The notes: generated from the sequence alone by a model not told the origin. A stretch of 64,000 nucleotides of DNA from the human T2T-CHM13v2.0 reference genome, Homo sapiens (GCF_009914755.1 NC_060948.1); one strand, 5' to 3'; positions 1 through 13,894 are shown, counted from the first letter of the stretch. A program made the numbers and translations.

Positions 1-2515
1 GTATTGTGAGATCAATTTCTGACCATATGAAATGTGAAAAGTATATGTTTCTGTTACAATACTGCTTTAAGATCTAAACCATGCCAACAGATGTTTCGTG
101 TGACTAGGACATCACCATTTCAAGGAACTGTGTGTTTCCAACATCATGGTAGCAGCACACACTTCCAAAGCTCAGCCAGGGACACTTAATATTTTTTAAT
201 TACAATGGAAATTTAAACATTTTTATGTGGGCTACACAATGGATGGCTCTTCTTAAGTGAAGAAAGACTCTATAGGCTTTTACACAGCACATGAAGCAGT
301 AATCCAGAAAGAAGGAAATGCAGAATTTTATTATCAAAGTAAGCGAATTGACTGTGCAGAAAAATTGTAGGGTTCTGTGGAAGGAGGTATTCTGCCAGCC
401 TGAACTATATTTAAGAAACTTTGTAAAAAATAAAAATGTATATAGCTGTGAGCTCAAACAAAAACTGCAGACAAACAAAAAAGAGAAAAGCTTTTATTTG
501 TGTTTTCAGTTTGAAAGAACTTTTAGCAAGGTTGTGCTTTCAAACACATATTAGTCCTACCACCTTAGTTCCTCTACAGCAAAAGAGGCTTTTCTTCTTA
601 ATTACATGTAAACAAAGACATGGGATTTTCTGACGTAAGATTTTCATTTGTAGGAATATGTGATGTCAAATGGAAGACTCAGAAGTTTTGTGTGGCCTAT
701 TTCTCCCTGTCAGGTTGCACAGATGCATGTAGAGCATTCTTAGGAGACCATTGTTTTAGAAAACTTTGATTTGTACATGTTAGTTTTCATGAAATTGCAA
801 CACAGAGATAGGTCCTAAAAGTGGAATGTATTTAAAACTTGTTGAATTAGACACACACACACAGACACACACAAAGAATCAGCAGAGAAAACAAAATACA
901 AGTCCTGTTCTGTAGTTCTTGCCCTTTGAATATATTTGGGAAGAGTTGCTTCCTATTTCAGGACCCTGCCAAAAAAGAAGAAAGCTTGCCTTTGGTGGGG
1001 CTATGCCCCTTGGAGTAAATACAGCTCTGTGTTCCCTAGCAGCTGCCGGAGGATTTGGCTGATGAAGTACCTGCTCAGCTTAGCTAATCAGATTAAAGGA
1101 AGACATGTATGTCTTTTGTTTAAGCACCTAGTCCCTTATGTATCAGTAAACAGGTTTTTAAAAATCTTTTATGTCATTTATAGGATAAAACATATGCTTG
1201 TCTGAAAATATCACCTTTTGTGGATTTATCTGATCACCAAATAATAAATATTAAGAAGAATGGGGGAAAAAGGATAGAATATTAAAACTGCTTTGCATAG
1301 GTTTTTGGGGAAATTAGGATATCTTCACTGACAAGACACTGAATGGAATTTATTCACCCATTTTAAATTGGTTACTTGGGGATCAGAGATTTGTCTCTCC
1401 AACAGCTTGTGGTTTTCTTATTACTCATTTTCAGGAAAGTTTGTAGTATTACAAGGCAGAAGGAAACACAGTAGCAATGGTTGCTCTATATTTTGTCTTT
1501 CAAAGATTACTGCATTACCAAGAAACAGTAGCCAAAGATGTTTGAAGATCATGTCCCTTAGCTGCATTGTGGGTTATTCTAGAAATCCAATGTTAAATGC
1601 CTCTACTAAAGTGGGGATTCCCCATAAAAATTGTCCAGCTACCTGACTCTTTTGCAATAACAACTTTGATTACTGAATCCATACACTCAAACTATAGTGA
1701 TATATCAGTGTTTGGGAGTGACCTCTAGAAAAAAGAAAACTGTTTTTAGAAATACATAAAATCACTTCCAAATCCTGTTGCTTATGTTGGGTTAAATTTG
1801 AAAGCAATTCTCTATATATAAATATGTGAAATATTATGATCTGAACTTAGCACACATGAAGCAACATTTCTTTGCTACACAGAGGTGTCTTGGAAAGATT
1901 TCATTCCCAATTCATTTTTCATAGATCTATAATCAGGCAATTTCTGCAAGCAATGTATGACCCCACCTGAGCAACCACAAATAGGCTCTCCATGAAACTG
2001 CAAAGGAACTGATGTGTGGCATCCATGCTGGTTTTGTCTGTCTATAATATGAATTCAAGTATCTGTTCATATTTCCAATTGTCTCCTGCTAGCAATATGT
2101 GCCACAACATGACAGTCTTGTGACATCTTAAGGAAAAGAAGAGTTCCTGTTAAATGAATAGCTTTAGCTTTTACAGGGGATTATGATTAAAAGTGATTTA
2201 GTACATCTTACATGATATCTCATTTCTACGTGAAAAGAAGTTATAGAATCTTCATAGAGTTCCATGAGAAAAATATACTTGCTATTTATAGAAAACGAGA
2301 AAAAAGAAAAAAATGAGAAACAAGTAAGAAAAAATCCTTTCCTAGGCTTTTCCTTGATCTTCAGAGGCACACAGGGTTTAATGGTTCCTTAGGTTATTAT
2401 TTTGAGGTTTTGTTCTTTCTTTTGCCTTAAGTAATGACAGAAGATATATATGGCCAGACACATATGTATAAACTTTTCAGCAGCATTTTAATAATAAAAT
2501 ATCACACTATTTTCT
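1..2515 (+). other. NLGN4Y: 3'UTR portion of the last exon of neuroligin-4 Y-linked (coding part lies upstream of the window)
   Basis: 2.5 kb nearly free of interspersed repeats and ending in a canonical poly(A) signal. Blocks such as CTTGCCTTTGGTGGGGCTATGCCCCTTGGAGTAAATAC and CAGCAGCATTTTAATAATAAAATATCACA match my recollection of the NLGN4X 3'UTR with many substitutions, as expected for the Y gametolog. Recalled, not searched. Confidence 0.75.
2493..2498 (+). terminator. Polyadenylation signal AATAAA (proximal)
   Basis: AATAAA with upstream TGTA (2465-2468) and a downstream T/GT-rich tract (TCTGTTCTTTCTTGGT, ~2541-2556). Confidence 0.7.
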
Positions 2516-3419
2516 AATGCTTTGTACAAACAATTATGCATCTGTTCTTTCTTGGTAGGTGGAATATTTTATTTACTTTTGCCATTCTTTGAATGCCTTT
2601 TTCTTTGTAAATGCTACATGGTAGCTCTCACATAGGCTACAAATGGATAAATACATTTGGTAATGGGATGGTTTCTTTAGCTTTGGCCAGCTGCACAGTT
2701 GAGGAGGCTCTGCTGGCCTGATTTTGGAAAACCAAGCCCTGTTTGGTGAAGCTCCTGAGATGACACTGCCTGAAAATGAGTATTTGGTTGTGTTATTTCT
2801 ACCACTGTTCATTCTTGTGTCTCTGTGTTTTGATTTGTGTTCAACAAACTGATGCCTTAATGGTTTCAAATAGAAAGCCTTAGGTGAGTAAACCTTCTAG
2901 TGACAGTAAGAAATTCTACTGAATGAAACTCCAGAGGCAGAAAATCATTGTCATTCCAATGGGAGCTCAATTGTCAATTCCTTCCTGTGCATTCAGCCAT
3001 CACGAACTTATTTCACATTCACAGTAGCTCTAAGGGGCAGGCACCTGCATTACTCCCCTTTCATAATGGAAGATGTTCTGACTTTGAAACATGCCCCCTT
3101 GGACAGGAAAATTTGATGGATAACAGGATAGCATATCCTCATATCCCAATCTTTCACCAAGAAGTTATACAGCAAACACTTGTAAGTCAAGGTCTTGCAT
3201 GATAATCTTTGCTAAGTAGCAAGTAAAGAAATATAGCAAGGACCCAGACTCTTTGGAATATGTGAACTAAATCCTTCAGATGTTGTTGGCCTCAATCATG
3301 TTGTGAAGGCACACAGGAGAATACATACACACACATATGCATATATGTATATATGTACATGTATGTGTACATTATATATGAGTATACATGTACCTATCCT
3401 ATATATGTATGTATGTATA

Positions 3420-3750
3420 GAGTCACAGACTGCATAATGTTTTGGACAAATATAGATCACATATATGATGATAGTGTCTTGAGATTAAAATACCATGTTT
3501 TTATTGTACCTTTTCAGTGTTCAGATATGTTTAGACAAACAAATGCTTATCATTGTGTTACAGTTGCCTAAGGTCTTCTCTCCAGTCACATGCTGTACAG
3601 GTTTGTAGACTGGAAGAACTAGGCTATACCATAGAGCCTAGGTGTGCTATAGGCTACACATCGGTTTTGTGTAAGTATACTACATGATGTTTGCACAATG
3701 ATGAAATTGCCTAACGAAACTTTTCTCAGAAACCTATTGATACATGACTG
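3420..3750 (+). mobile_element. Tigger3/MER7-type non-autonomous DNA transposon (TcMar-Tigger)
   Basis: Termini resemble CAGTCA...ATGACTG. The internal CATGCTGTACAGGTTTGTAG...AGGCTATACCATAGAGCCTAGGTGTG block matches the recalled Tigger3a consensus. Confidence 0.8.
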
Positions 3751-3979
3751 TGTATGTTTACATTATATATACTGTATATGCACACATGCATATATGCATA
3801 TATATGTTATACATTTACATATGTACATGGATATCACATACTTTAAATTCCTGAAGATGTCATTTTCATTAAATACATATGCACACACACTCATAAACAC
3901 ACACAGACTCATATATACACACAAATCTATAACACATTTGTGCTCACATATACATTCCTCTGTGTGTGTGTGTGTATTA

Positions 3980-4297
3980 CATTACTGCTTTTTATCTGTG
4001 AAATCACATTCTGCAGTTTCATTTACTGTGATCAACTATGATCTAAAAATATATGAGTACTTCAATAAGATATTTTGAAAGAAACCACATTCACATAACA
4101 TTTATGACATTATAATTGTTCTATTTTATTAGCTATTGTTCATCTCTTACTCCATCTACTTTATAAATTAAGCTTCATAATAAGTGTGTATATTTAATAA
4201 AATATATAGTATATAAAGGGTTTGGTACTATCTGTGGTTTCAGGTATCCACTGGGAGTCTTGGAATGCATTCTTTTTGGAAAAGGAGCGTTACACTA
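3980..4297 (+). mobile_element. Tigger2-family MITE (MER8/Tigger2a-like)
   Basis: AATAAGATATTTTGA...CCACATTCACATAAC and the terminal GGTACTATCTGTGGTTTCAGGTATCCACTGGGAGTCTTGGAA are typical of Tigger2 derivatives. Confidence 0.7.
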
Positions 4298-4437
4298 TAT
4301 ACTTACATATAGACACAGATGCATATATACACATACATAATTTACATATATAGACATATTCGCAGATATGAATGTACTTAAATCTCTAAGAATGGCACTT
4401 TTATTAAATGTACACAAATAAACATGTATACACATAC

Positions 4438-4472
<35 letters not shown>

Positions 4473-4604
4473 TTTAACTGAATGTCATCTTCAGGCATTC
4501 AAAGCCTAATTTTTAGCAAATTTCAGCTGGAGGGAGAATCACTCTTGTTTTGACTATTTTATGCATTCTTGTTCATTTTGAATAACTCAAGGAATGCTAA
4601 AAAT

Positions 4605-4870
4605 TATATGCATCCATTCAGTGAAACTTTACTGAATATCTTCACTGCCTCAGGCCCTGTGCTGGGCTGGTGTTAAAATTGAAGAACAAACTTCTCACAC
4701 CACAAAACTTGAGGGGAAGGCAGAGAAACACAGAAGCAAGGAGAGGCAAGGGGTGCTGGAGATGGCACCCATGTTAATAAGGGGTGCTAATAAATGTCTG
4801 GACACTGCCCTTAACCTAGTCTGGGAAGATCAGGAATACATTCTGTCTGAAGAAACCCCTAAGCCAGGTC
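4605..4870 (-). mobile_element. Degenerate L2 LINE 3' fragment
   Basis: CATCCATTCA...TTTACTGAATATC...CAGGCCCTGTGCTGGG resembles the antisense L2 3' end. Boundaries approximate. Confidence 0.45.
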
Positions 4871-5024
4871 TTTCCAACTCTGTAGAAAAAATACTAGTGG
4901 GTGGTGTGTTGTGGGGAGGATAGAATTACACATCTTTGAAGTAAGAAGACAGACGAAGACATAGGAAGACATGGCTCCTGCATCATGGGTGAAAAATATA
5001 AGGTGTTTTTTAGAAAGGTGTGAA

Positions 5025-5107
5025 AAATGAGACAGAAAGAAATTGGCTGATAAAAAACCTCCAACAAATGAGACAGAAAGGAACTGGCTGATAAAAAAAC
5101 CTCCAAC
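5025..5107. repeat. Tandem duplication, 2 x ~41 bp
   Basis: AAATGAGACAGAAAGAAATTGGCTGATAAAAAACCTCCAAC is directly followed by AAATGAGACAGAAAGGAACTGGCTGATAAAAAAACCTCCAAC. Confidence 0.95.
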
Positions 5108-7014
5108 TGCAAGACAGGGAGTTTGGGCTTTGTCCTGAAGTCAATTGAGAGACACCAAATGATTGCACCAAAGTGGATTATGAGTGTATTTAGTTGAGAC
5201 ATTTAGCAGTAATTCTCAAAAGTTCACATGCTTAGGAATACACGGGATGTCAACTTAAAGTACAGATCCTTACTGAATTGTGGTTTGGTGAACCTGTGTC
5301 TGAATTTCCAAGACGATCTCTAAGTGATGCACTTGTTGCTCATTCTCAATTAACCCCAACTTATTTAGGTTGCAAAGGATGGAGAACTGTTCACTTTAGA
5401 AGTAACCATGAGGATAATCTGCATTGGAATGAGAGGGTTCTGGATGCAAGGACAACATTAAAGAGCCAGAGCAATCAGAAATTAATTACTGTCCTCTTTT
5501 TAAGGGTGATGGAGACCGTAATAAGACAAGAAGTAAAAAAGAAAAAAAAAACGATAAGAAATGCATCTTATAGCTGCATGTACCAGAACTGATAAAGCGT
5601 AGTCATCAAAAACCACCTGGAACCACATTTGTCCTTAAGCTTTTGTTTAGGAACTTGTTTCAACAGAGAGAGGAGAATGATGAGATACCTTGGAGAGAGT
5701 TTCAGACAGGCTGGTCAAGGGTTTGGGCTTAGACTGGGTTGTTTTATAAGTGCTAAGAGGGCCAAAAACTTGTTCCTGCATTGGTTACTGTCATGATAAT
5801 GGGGATGTCAATATCCTTTAGCAAGAAAGTGACAGGACCAGAGAATGACTAGCATTGTCTTCAGTAAAAATAAGCAGTGGAAGAGAAGGGGATTTGGGGT
5901 CATTTTCAGTGTTTCCAGACTGTTCATGTTTCTGGCTTGTCCCATGCTGGCCGTGGGCTGCCTTCATCTAATGAGGAAGTTCGTTCAATTATTTTTATGT
6001 GCAGCCAGATGCACCTTGACTTAGCAATTAATTATCAGGCTAATTCTAGCAGCCAGATATAAGGGCTGTTTTTTGTTGTTTCTCAGAACTTCCAGGAAAT
6101 ATATGCATATGTCACATCTCCTAGGCCACCTGGTTCAAAAAAAAAAAAAGTTATGCTAAGGAAGTAAAAGTGATACTTTCTCTGCAAAATCTTATTAATA
6201 TATTGAAAGAAATTGAGATATAAAAAAGGTCCACTGTACCTCTACCTTTCTCTAAAATGATCATACATGTAAATTCTTAGAACACCCACAAATAATCTGG
6301 TTTCCTCTACTGGCAAAAGAATTAGAAAAAAAAAAATGAGAAAAATTAGCCAGGAGAAAACCCTGCCTGAAATTAACAGGTGACATTCATTAAAGTGGAA
6401 TGTTCCAACTAGTTCTCAAAGTCACTGATTCCTAAAAGGGCCGGAGAGGGAGTCCTTGGAGACTAAGACAAATTGCCAACAGCCATAGCTGGAAGGTTAC
6501 AAAAAAGAAAAATCTTTCTCACCCCCGGGCCCTAAACACAAGAACTTGGACTCAGCAGAAAGGAAGTGGGAAGATGCATTTCTGGCACACCAAAATATAA
6601 ACCTAACAACTCCTGTAAAAACTGAGAAATCAGATGGTGCCCAATTTATAATATTAGAGCCACTATTACGCTTCAGTGGTACAATTGGTCAAACTGGTTT
6701 CTTGTGGGCTCAGATGTTAGCTTCATTTTTATGCAACACCTGTTTCTACAAGTATATACGTTATGATCACAGCTTTCAAACTAACATGCTTGGCCTGCCT
6801 GGGTTATTGGATGTTATTTCTAGTATTTAAAGAGCAATTACAGTTTTTAGATTATAATAATAGAAAAGCACATAACAATTTATAAGTATATGCATTACCT
6901 ACAGACAAACTTTTCAAATAAATGTTTAAGAGATTTTGTAAAAGCATTGATTCAACCATTTACAGAGCAATCACTTGTTTCAAGTTTTAAAACTTTCAGA
7001 TAATCATCAAAATG

Positions 7015-7150
7015 TATTGTTCTGCGTAAGTTATATGCATTAAGTCATTTAATCCTTTTACTAGTTCCAGGGTGCAGACTCTCATTTTACAGATGAGGAA
7101 ACTGGGGTACAGAAAATTAAATAAATTGCTCAAGGTTGCAGACTTAGAAC
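7015..7150 (-). mobile_element. MIR SINE fragment
   Basis: CATTTTACAGATGAGGAAACTGGGG...GCTCAAGGT is the reverse-complement MIR core. Confidence 0.75.
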
Positions 7151-9364
7151 ATAAAATTTATAGCGTTCACAATCATATTGTTTTGTTTTTAAGAGCATGT
7201 GCTTGTCAACTATTCTCTAAAAAACCTGGTTATTGAAGAAATATATGCCTCCCTGTAGACATTTTGGGGAAGAAAAAAATCACTATAATCTGTTTGTAGA
7301 GAACATTGATAGCTTTATATCTTAAAAACTTGTCATGTACACACACACAAACACACACACACACATAAACACAGAGAAGGTTGAGAGTGCTTATAGAATC
7401 TTGTAGAGTGCCCATTTAAAACAGTTTCTCAGTTTTGCCTATGATTTTATTTTACTTGTGCTTATTTTGCTTTGTGCTCATTTTTTGGCTGAAATGGCAC
7501 TTTAAAACCCTGGTTTTGCTTGCATCTCACCTGAATGCACATGGACTGCATGGAACTTGAAAAATTAAGGTTAGAGAATACAAAGAAGATACAGGCGCAT
7601 GGAAACATTGTGAATAATGCTTAGCATAGAAGAAGGCAGGCTTGGATTGCTACAGAATGTACACCAAAATGCATTAACTAGGACTGGCTTTCAAAAGCAG
7701 CACTCTTTGCTGAAACCCCAGGACACCTGCTCCTAGCCAATGATGTCCATGATCTGCTTAACTTGTGTGACTAGTGCACACACTTTGTGAAATATGTGGC
7801 TATTTTTATCATCCCACTATCCCCAATGAATTTTGTCATCCCCGTCACACCACAGGAAAAACCCCTTTTCTCCAGACTTGGGCAATTGGAGAATCTGTTA
7901 TCTCCCTATCTGACTGCTTCAGAATCTCCTTCCTCTGTCCTCAAATACCATTAGAAGAACATTCAGCAGCGGACCCAGGACAGATCCCCACCTCTAAACC
8001 CAACTACTTTGGTTTAATGTTGTCATTTAGGAAGAGTGATTCCACCTTAAAGATGTATCAAATATTTAAGTAAGAATACATTTAAGTGTGAATATTTCAT
8101 ATTCTTAAGTTTTAAATGTGCAGTATTTTTCATCCTGTCCCTCCCTGCCTCTGAAATCTAAATTTCTATATGCTGGCTTGCTCCTGAAAGAAAAAGAAAT
8201 TTAGCAGGATACACCGTCACTGTTTATACCATTTAGTCACAGTTTTCTTATAAACCTAAGTGGGACCCATTATATAACACGTTTTAACTTTGTTCTTCCA
8301 ACCCAGGGAATTGTTTTTCAAACCCAATTAAGTGTGTCTTCTGCACTAGCAGAAACAAAGTACAAACTAATGTTTTAAGATGTGTCTCTCTTAATTTAGG
8401 GGTATATATAAAATACTTTGTAATATGGAGAGCTAACATTTTGCAATCTCTATTAACTATTAGAGTAACCTAGGAAAATAAGAATTTACAACATGTTAGC
8501 ACACAAGTATTTCAAATTATGTTTGTCTTTTATGAACCATGTATGCTGGAGAAAAAAAATACTAACATTTCCTTTTGTAAAAATAAGAGTAAGCTGACAG
8601 TTATTTAAATGGTCCCTGGAAATACTATTCCAATGTCAGGCCTATAGGAGGAATGCATGGTTTTGTCTTCTCACATTTTGAAGCAATGGGCTGCAACTTC
8701 AAAATTATGCTATTAATATAGGTGTTTACTATACAAAAAAACAGAGAAAATATGGCATTCACTTGTGAGACATGTAAATTAAATCTCACAGTTACCTCTG
8801 TCCTCTGCAGTTTTGACCCCTTGGAATTTCACGAAAAGTAATTTAATTGAACAAGCATTCACATTGCTGCCAGAACTTATAGAGCCTATGGATTATCATC
8901 TTGGTTTCTAGTCCAAGATGCTATACAAAGCCTTTTATTTAATTATCTCATTTACCATGACATATTTTATCACCTATTTAAATTGACAAAAATATCAGAA
9001 CCACATAATGCAATATTTCTATTAAAAAGCAGCATCAATTTGACTTTTATTATATCAATCCACCATATAATTACTATAAGCAGATACCACAACAAGTCCT
9101 TTAACAAATAAATAGTGTACAATTTGAGTCTATCCTGGTTTTATTCTTCATAGATGGGCAACTATTCATACAATTGTACCCTGTAGCAGTTGTCCTGAAT
9201 TAATCGGACTTGGGACAATAGCTCAATTTCCTACCCTTTTTAAGTTATTGATCTTATTTCCTATCTTAATGGAGAGGCAGATCATGTATTTTTTGCATTT
9301 TTTTATTTTTTTGTTTCCTTTTTTAGGGTTAGAAGCTATGTATGATATTAAACCTTTTTTTCTC

Positions 9365-9752
9365 ATTTCCTTCCTTCCTTCCTTCCTTGCTTCCTTCCTT
9401 TTCTTTCTTTCTTTTTTTTGTGAGAAAAATTCTCTCTCTGTTGGGCAGGCTGAAGTGCAGTTGTGCAATCATGGGGGAGGGCAGTGTTGCAATCTTGGAG
9501 GAGTGTGGTGTTGCAATCTTGGCTTACTGCAACTTCCACCTCCCAGGTTCAAGGGATTTTCCCACCTTAGCCTCCCGAGTAGCTGGGATTACAGGCACAT
9601 GCCATCAGGCATGGCAATTTTTTGTATTTTTTTGTAGAGATGGGTTTTCACCATGTTGGCCAGGCTGGTCTTGAACTCCTAACCTCAAGTGATTTTCCAC
9701 CTTCTACCTCCCAAAGTGCTGGGATTGCAGGTGTGAACCATAGTGCTTGGCC
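9365..9752 (-). mobile_element. Alu (S-type) with (TTCC)n/T-rich tail and an internal 24-bp triplication
   Basis: Antisense Alu ending ...CCCAAAGTGCTGGGATTGCAGGTGTGAACCATAGTGCTTGGCC; T-rich linker at ~9618-9633. Confidence 0.92.
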
Positions 9753-9842
9753 TTTTTCTTATTTTCTTCTGCATTGATATAGTCTGTGGCTACTCAGTAA
9801 GAAAAACTCAGTTTTCCTTACAAAAGAATAATAATAGTAGAA

Positions 9843-9901
9843 GTGATGATGGTGATGATGATGATGGTGGTGATGATGAGGATGAGGATGAAGATGAGGA
9901 T
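9843..9901. repeat. Imperfect (GAT/GGT/GAG)n trinucleotide repeat
   Basis: GATGATGGTGATGATGATGATGGTGGTGATGATGAGGATGAGGATGAAGATGAGGAT. Confidence 0.9.
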
Positions 9902-10653
9902 ATAGATCAATGACAGCCCCTGACAATAAAAATAAAAATGGAAATCAGAATGAACATGTTTAAAGTATAGATGAAGGTGGAGACACTTGACAATGTGAAA
10001 TTGGGAAGCACTGAGGAAGTTGGATCAAGTGAAAGGCAAGACAACATGATCTGGAAGAAACTATATAACCCAGAGAGGAAGAGGAAGGGAAAGGCAGAAA
10101 AAGGGAAGGGAGCATTCTTGGCAGTCTGATCATGAAGGATTCCTGGTTGTCCTAAAATTCCCCATTACAGGGCACATTGTCTACATAGCAACCCTTGTCT
10201 GATGAGTCTCTTTTCCTTGCAATCAAAAATCCAAGATAAGCCATCAGTATTGACAAAAAACTTATTGATGACTCGAGAGCTGGTTTGGATGTTGGTAGAT
10301 TTTACAACTCTTCCTTCCCTTAGATTTTATCCCTCTTTCTGCAAGGTGTTTAGGCACTTTATCAAGAATATTGTTAGCTCTGGTAAAAGGCATGTGAGAG
10401 AAGAGATTAAAAATATGTGAAATAATAGGAGTATTCCATCTCTTCAGTAGACATAGCACATCTTTTTTTGAACAAATCTCCTTTAAACAAGTCTTCCTCT
10501 AAACAACTCTCACTGGCTGTTCTAATTCCATGATCTTCCCACCTATGTCTATCTCCACTGGGCTTCAGAACATTTTCTTCATTCTATCACATATCACATT
10601 TGTGATGAGAATCCTTATGTTTATTTCTGAGTTGCAATAACAAAATCACTGGA

Positions 10654-10964
10654 GACAGTGGGGGCGGTGGCTCATGCTTATAATCCTACCACTTTGGGAG
10701 GCTGAGGCAGGTGAATCCCTTGAGGTCAGGAGTTCGAGAGAAGCCTGGCCAACATGGTGAAACCGCATCTCTACTAAATATACAAAAATTAGCCAGACTT
10801 GGTGGTCCACGACTATAATTCCAATTACTCAGGAGAGCGAGGCAGGAGGATCCCTTGAACCTGGAAGGCAGAGGTTGCAGTGAGCTGAGATCACACCACT
10901 TCACTCCAGCTTGGGGAACGGAGCAAGACTGCCATCTCAGGGGAAAAAAAAAAAAAAACAAAAA
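10654..10964 (+). mobile_element. Alu (Sx/Sz-like)
   Basis: Dimeric Alu with GAGGTCAGGAGTTCGAGA, A-rich linker and poly(A) tail. Confidence 0.93.
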
Positions 10965-11145
10965 AGCCTGAGATGTTAGTTGCGTGTGGGGATGTGGGGT
11001 GCACCTGTTACACTTCATTACTAATCAAAATCTGCATTTTTAGTGATTAGTCCCCAAGACAAATGGATTGTTAAAATGACATGAAGACAAGGAAGTTCTT
11101 TCTTCTTTTCTTGTAATAGCAAATCCAGTTAGAAACAATAGGTAG

Positions 11146-11452
<307 letters not shown>

Positions 11453-13169
11453 ACCATAAGGTAGCTTCTTCCACCCAAGTGATTTGGATTGGACCATACT
11501 GTTAATTTATTGGAATGTCAGCGACGTATCAGCAGCACTCTGAAAAGACAAGCACCCAACAGAAAGCCTAATGCACCTTGAGTTCTGAATAAACACCTCT
11601 TAAGTGCAAATGAAAAAGATGTGTATTTATTGCTCACCCACTGCAAAGATAGCAATATAAAAAGATCAATTGAAATTATAGTTTTAAAATGGGAAATATT
11701 TACGCAGAATGCCTATTTGTAGTATGCATTATCTGAATCTAAAACCAGCTGCTAGCCTCCCTACTTTGTAGAGTCTACAAACACCATGAGATCTGTAGTG
11801 TGCCCAGCTGGGTAAGGGTTAAAAATGCATCTCATAGCACCTGCTCAATGATCCTTTATTTAGAACTGAGCTAATGTGGGAAACTACTTTCCAGCCTAAA
11901 ACATGAAATATAAATGCAGTGTTTCTTGGTGGAATGGATGATGATATTAACAGCTGGTCTTTCCTAAGATGTGCCTCCTGAGGACTAAATGATAAGTCAT
12001 TTTCTGGAAGAACTGTAAATAAAGGCAGCATATTTGAGGTTATATATTTTTATTATGTAATTATATGTTGATAATAAAAATAAATAAGTAAAAGGAAAGT
12101 CTTTCTTTCTCAACATTGGGAATAAATCCATGCTCAACCTAGGAAGGGAAAGACTTGGAGTACTATGCCAAAGGGCTTTGTTACATTCACCAGTAAAGTG
12201 TGCATCTAAATAATAGCAAAACACCAAGAATCAGTTGGCTTGCGTTATTCTCCACTAGCAGTGGAAGCTCAAGTTACCCTACAGTAAGCCCCTAATCTCT
12301 ACATGCTTATCTGCTCACCAGGGAGAGTGTTTGGCCAGCTTGCACCACGGGGTCCAGTTAAACAGCCTCACCCTATACTTTGTGATATTTCTTTTGTGCC
12401 TTTTCTTTTTAATGAGAAATGGAGGCTCTCCCTGGAGACAAGGTAACGGATCACCGAAATCCACTTTCCTGGTCGATATCCAAGTTACTATCAAGGCCAT
12501 ATTGTGATGTGGATAGACAAAAATATTTCCATGAATTTTGTGAATTGTATTTTTTACTAGTTTGGTATGTAGAGAAAGATATCCTTCCATCTTTATTCTT
12601 TCTTTCTCCCTTCACACTTACTTCTTTACTATTTGTTCCTCTTCCTCATAAACATCCTAACAATCTCCCTGTGAAGATGAAGAGATAACATTGGGGAATA
12701 TATCATCATGCCAATTTTCTAAGTGTTTTATGAAACACAAAGTTACTGGAATTTTTTCAAGATTTTATCAGTAAGAAGTCTTAATATATATTCATGTATA
12801 ATAGTAAGTAAAATAGAAGGACATACAGTATTCTAGTCTTGTACTGACCACTATATGCATGTGTGTGTGTGTGCACATGCATATGTGTGTGAAAAAACTC
12901 ATATACATGATACACAGATACATATTATATGCATGCATATCCAGGGTAGCTGTGTTTATACACTTACGTACACTCAAAAATAATTGTAAATAAAGCTCTT
13001 TAGAGCATACAGACTTTTCTTTTGAAACAACAATTGCATATTTATTCTGACTGATGCTTGCAAATGCTACAAACAATATTTCAAAATGAACCTTTACTTT
13101 CCTTGGGATTTTTGGGATGATTTTTGATAAGCACAATCTTTTTCCTTTTTTAACTTTGAAAAATTAAAC

Positions 13170-13680
13170 TTCTTATTTTATAATCCTTTAGGTTGACAGA
13201 AAAGTTGCAAAGGTAGTACAGGTTTTTCCCATATATGTTGCATCCAGATTCTCCTATATTGTAATTATATATTGACAAATAATACTCTATATATTTATGG
13301 AGTACTACTTGATGTGATATATGCTTTCAGTATGGACCCATTGAACAAAGCTAATTAACATATCCCTCACCCAAAAACGTATTATTTATCACTCCTGTTT
13401 AGCCAAAATTTTGTATCCTTGGATTATTACCACCCCATTCCTCTTATCCATGCCCCTGGAAAGCACCAATTTACTCTCTGTTTCTCTGAGCTGGGCTTTT
13501 TCATAGACGCTATATATGAGTGAGATCATGCAGTGTCCATCTTTCTGTGTCTGGCTTATCTCATTTAGCATAACATCCTGCATGTTGTCGCAAATGGCAG
13601 GATTTCCTTCTTTTTAAAGTTGGGATAGTATTCCATTATGTAGCTATACCATATTTCCTTTAGCCGTTCATCTGTTGATA
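13170..13680 (-). mobile_element. Old L1M (L1MA/MC-like) 3'-end fragments
   Basis: GAGTGAGATCATGCAGTG...GTCTGGCTTATCTCATTTAGCATAA is antisense L1M 3' end. ORF 13389..13583 (MQDVMLNEISQTQKD...) resembles the ORF2 C-terminus. Confidence 0.75.
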
Positions 13681-13894
13681 TTGTTCATTTCAAAGTAAAG
13701 TAAGCCTACACTAATTAGGAAAAACGACACTTGGGATGTGTGATGAATCTTTTAATATTAGCATCTTATTGACATATCTATTGACATGAATGATGGCATT
13801 CTGCTTCTATCGAAGACATTAGTTCACACCTATGTAGCAAACCCTACATGTTCATGTTATTCTCCAATCCTCATAAGAGCCATTACTTCTGAAT

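Noticed and set aside
5400-6090. Possible ancient LTR
   Set aside because: The composition is LTR-like, but I could not identify termini, a TSD or a family.
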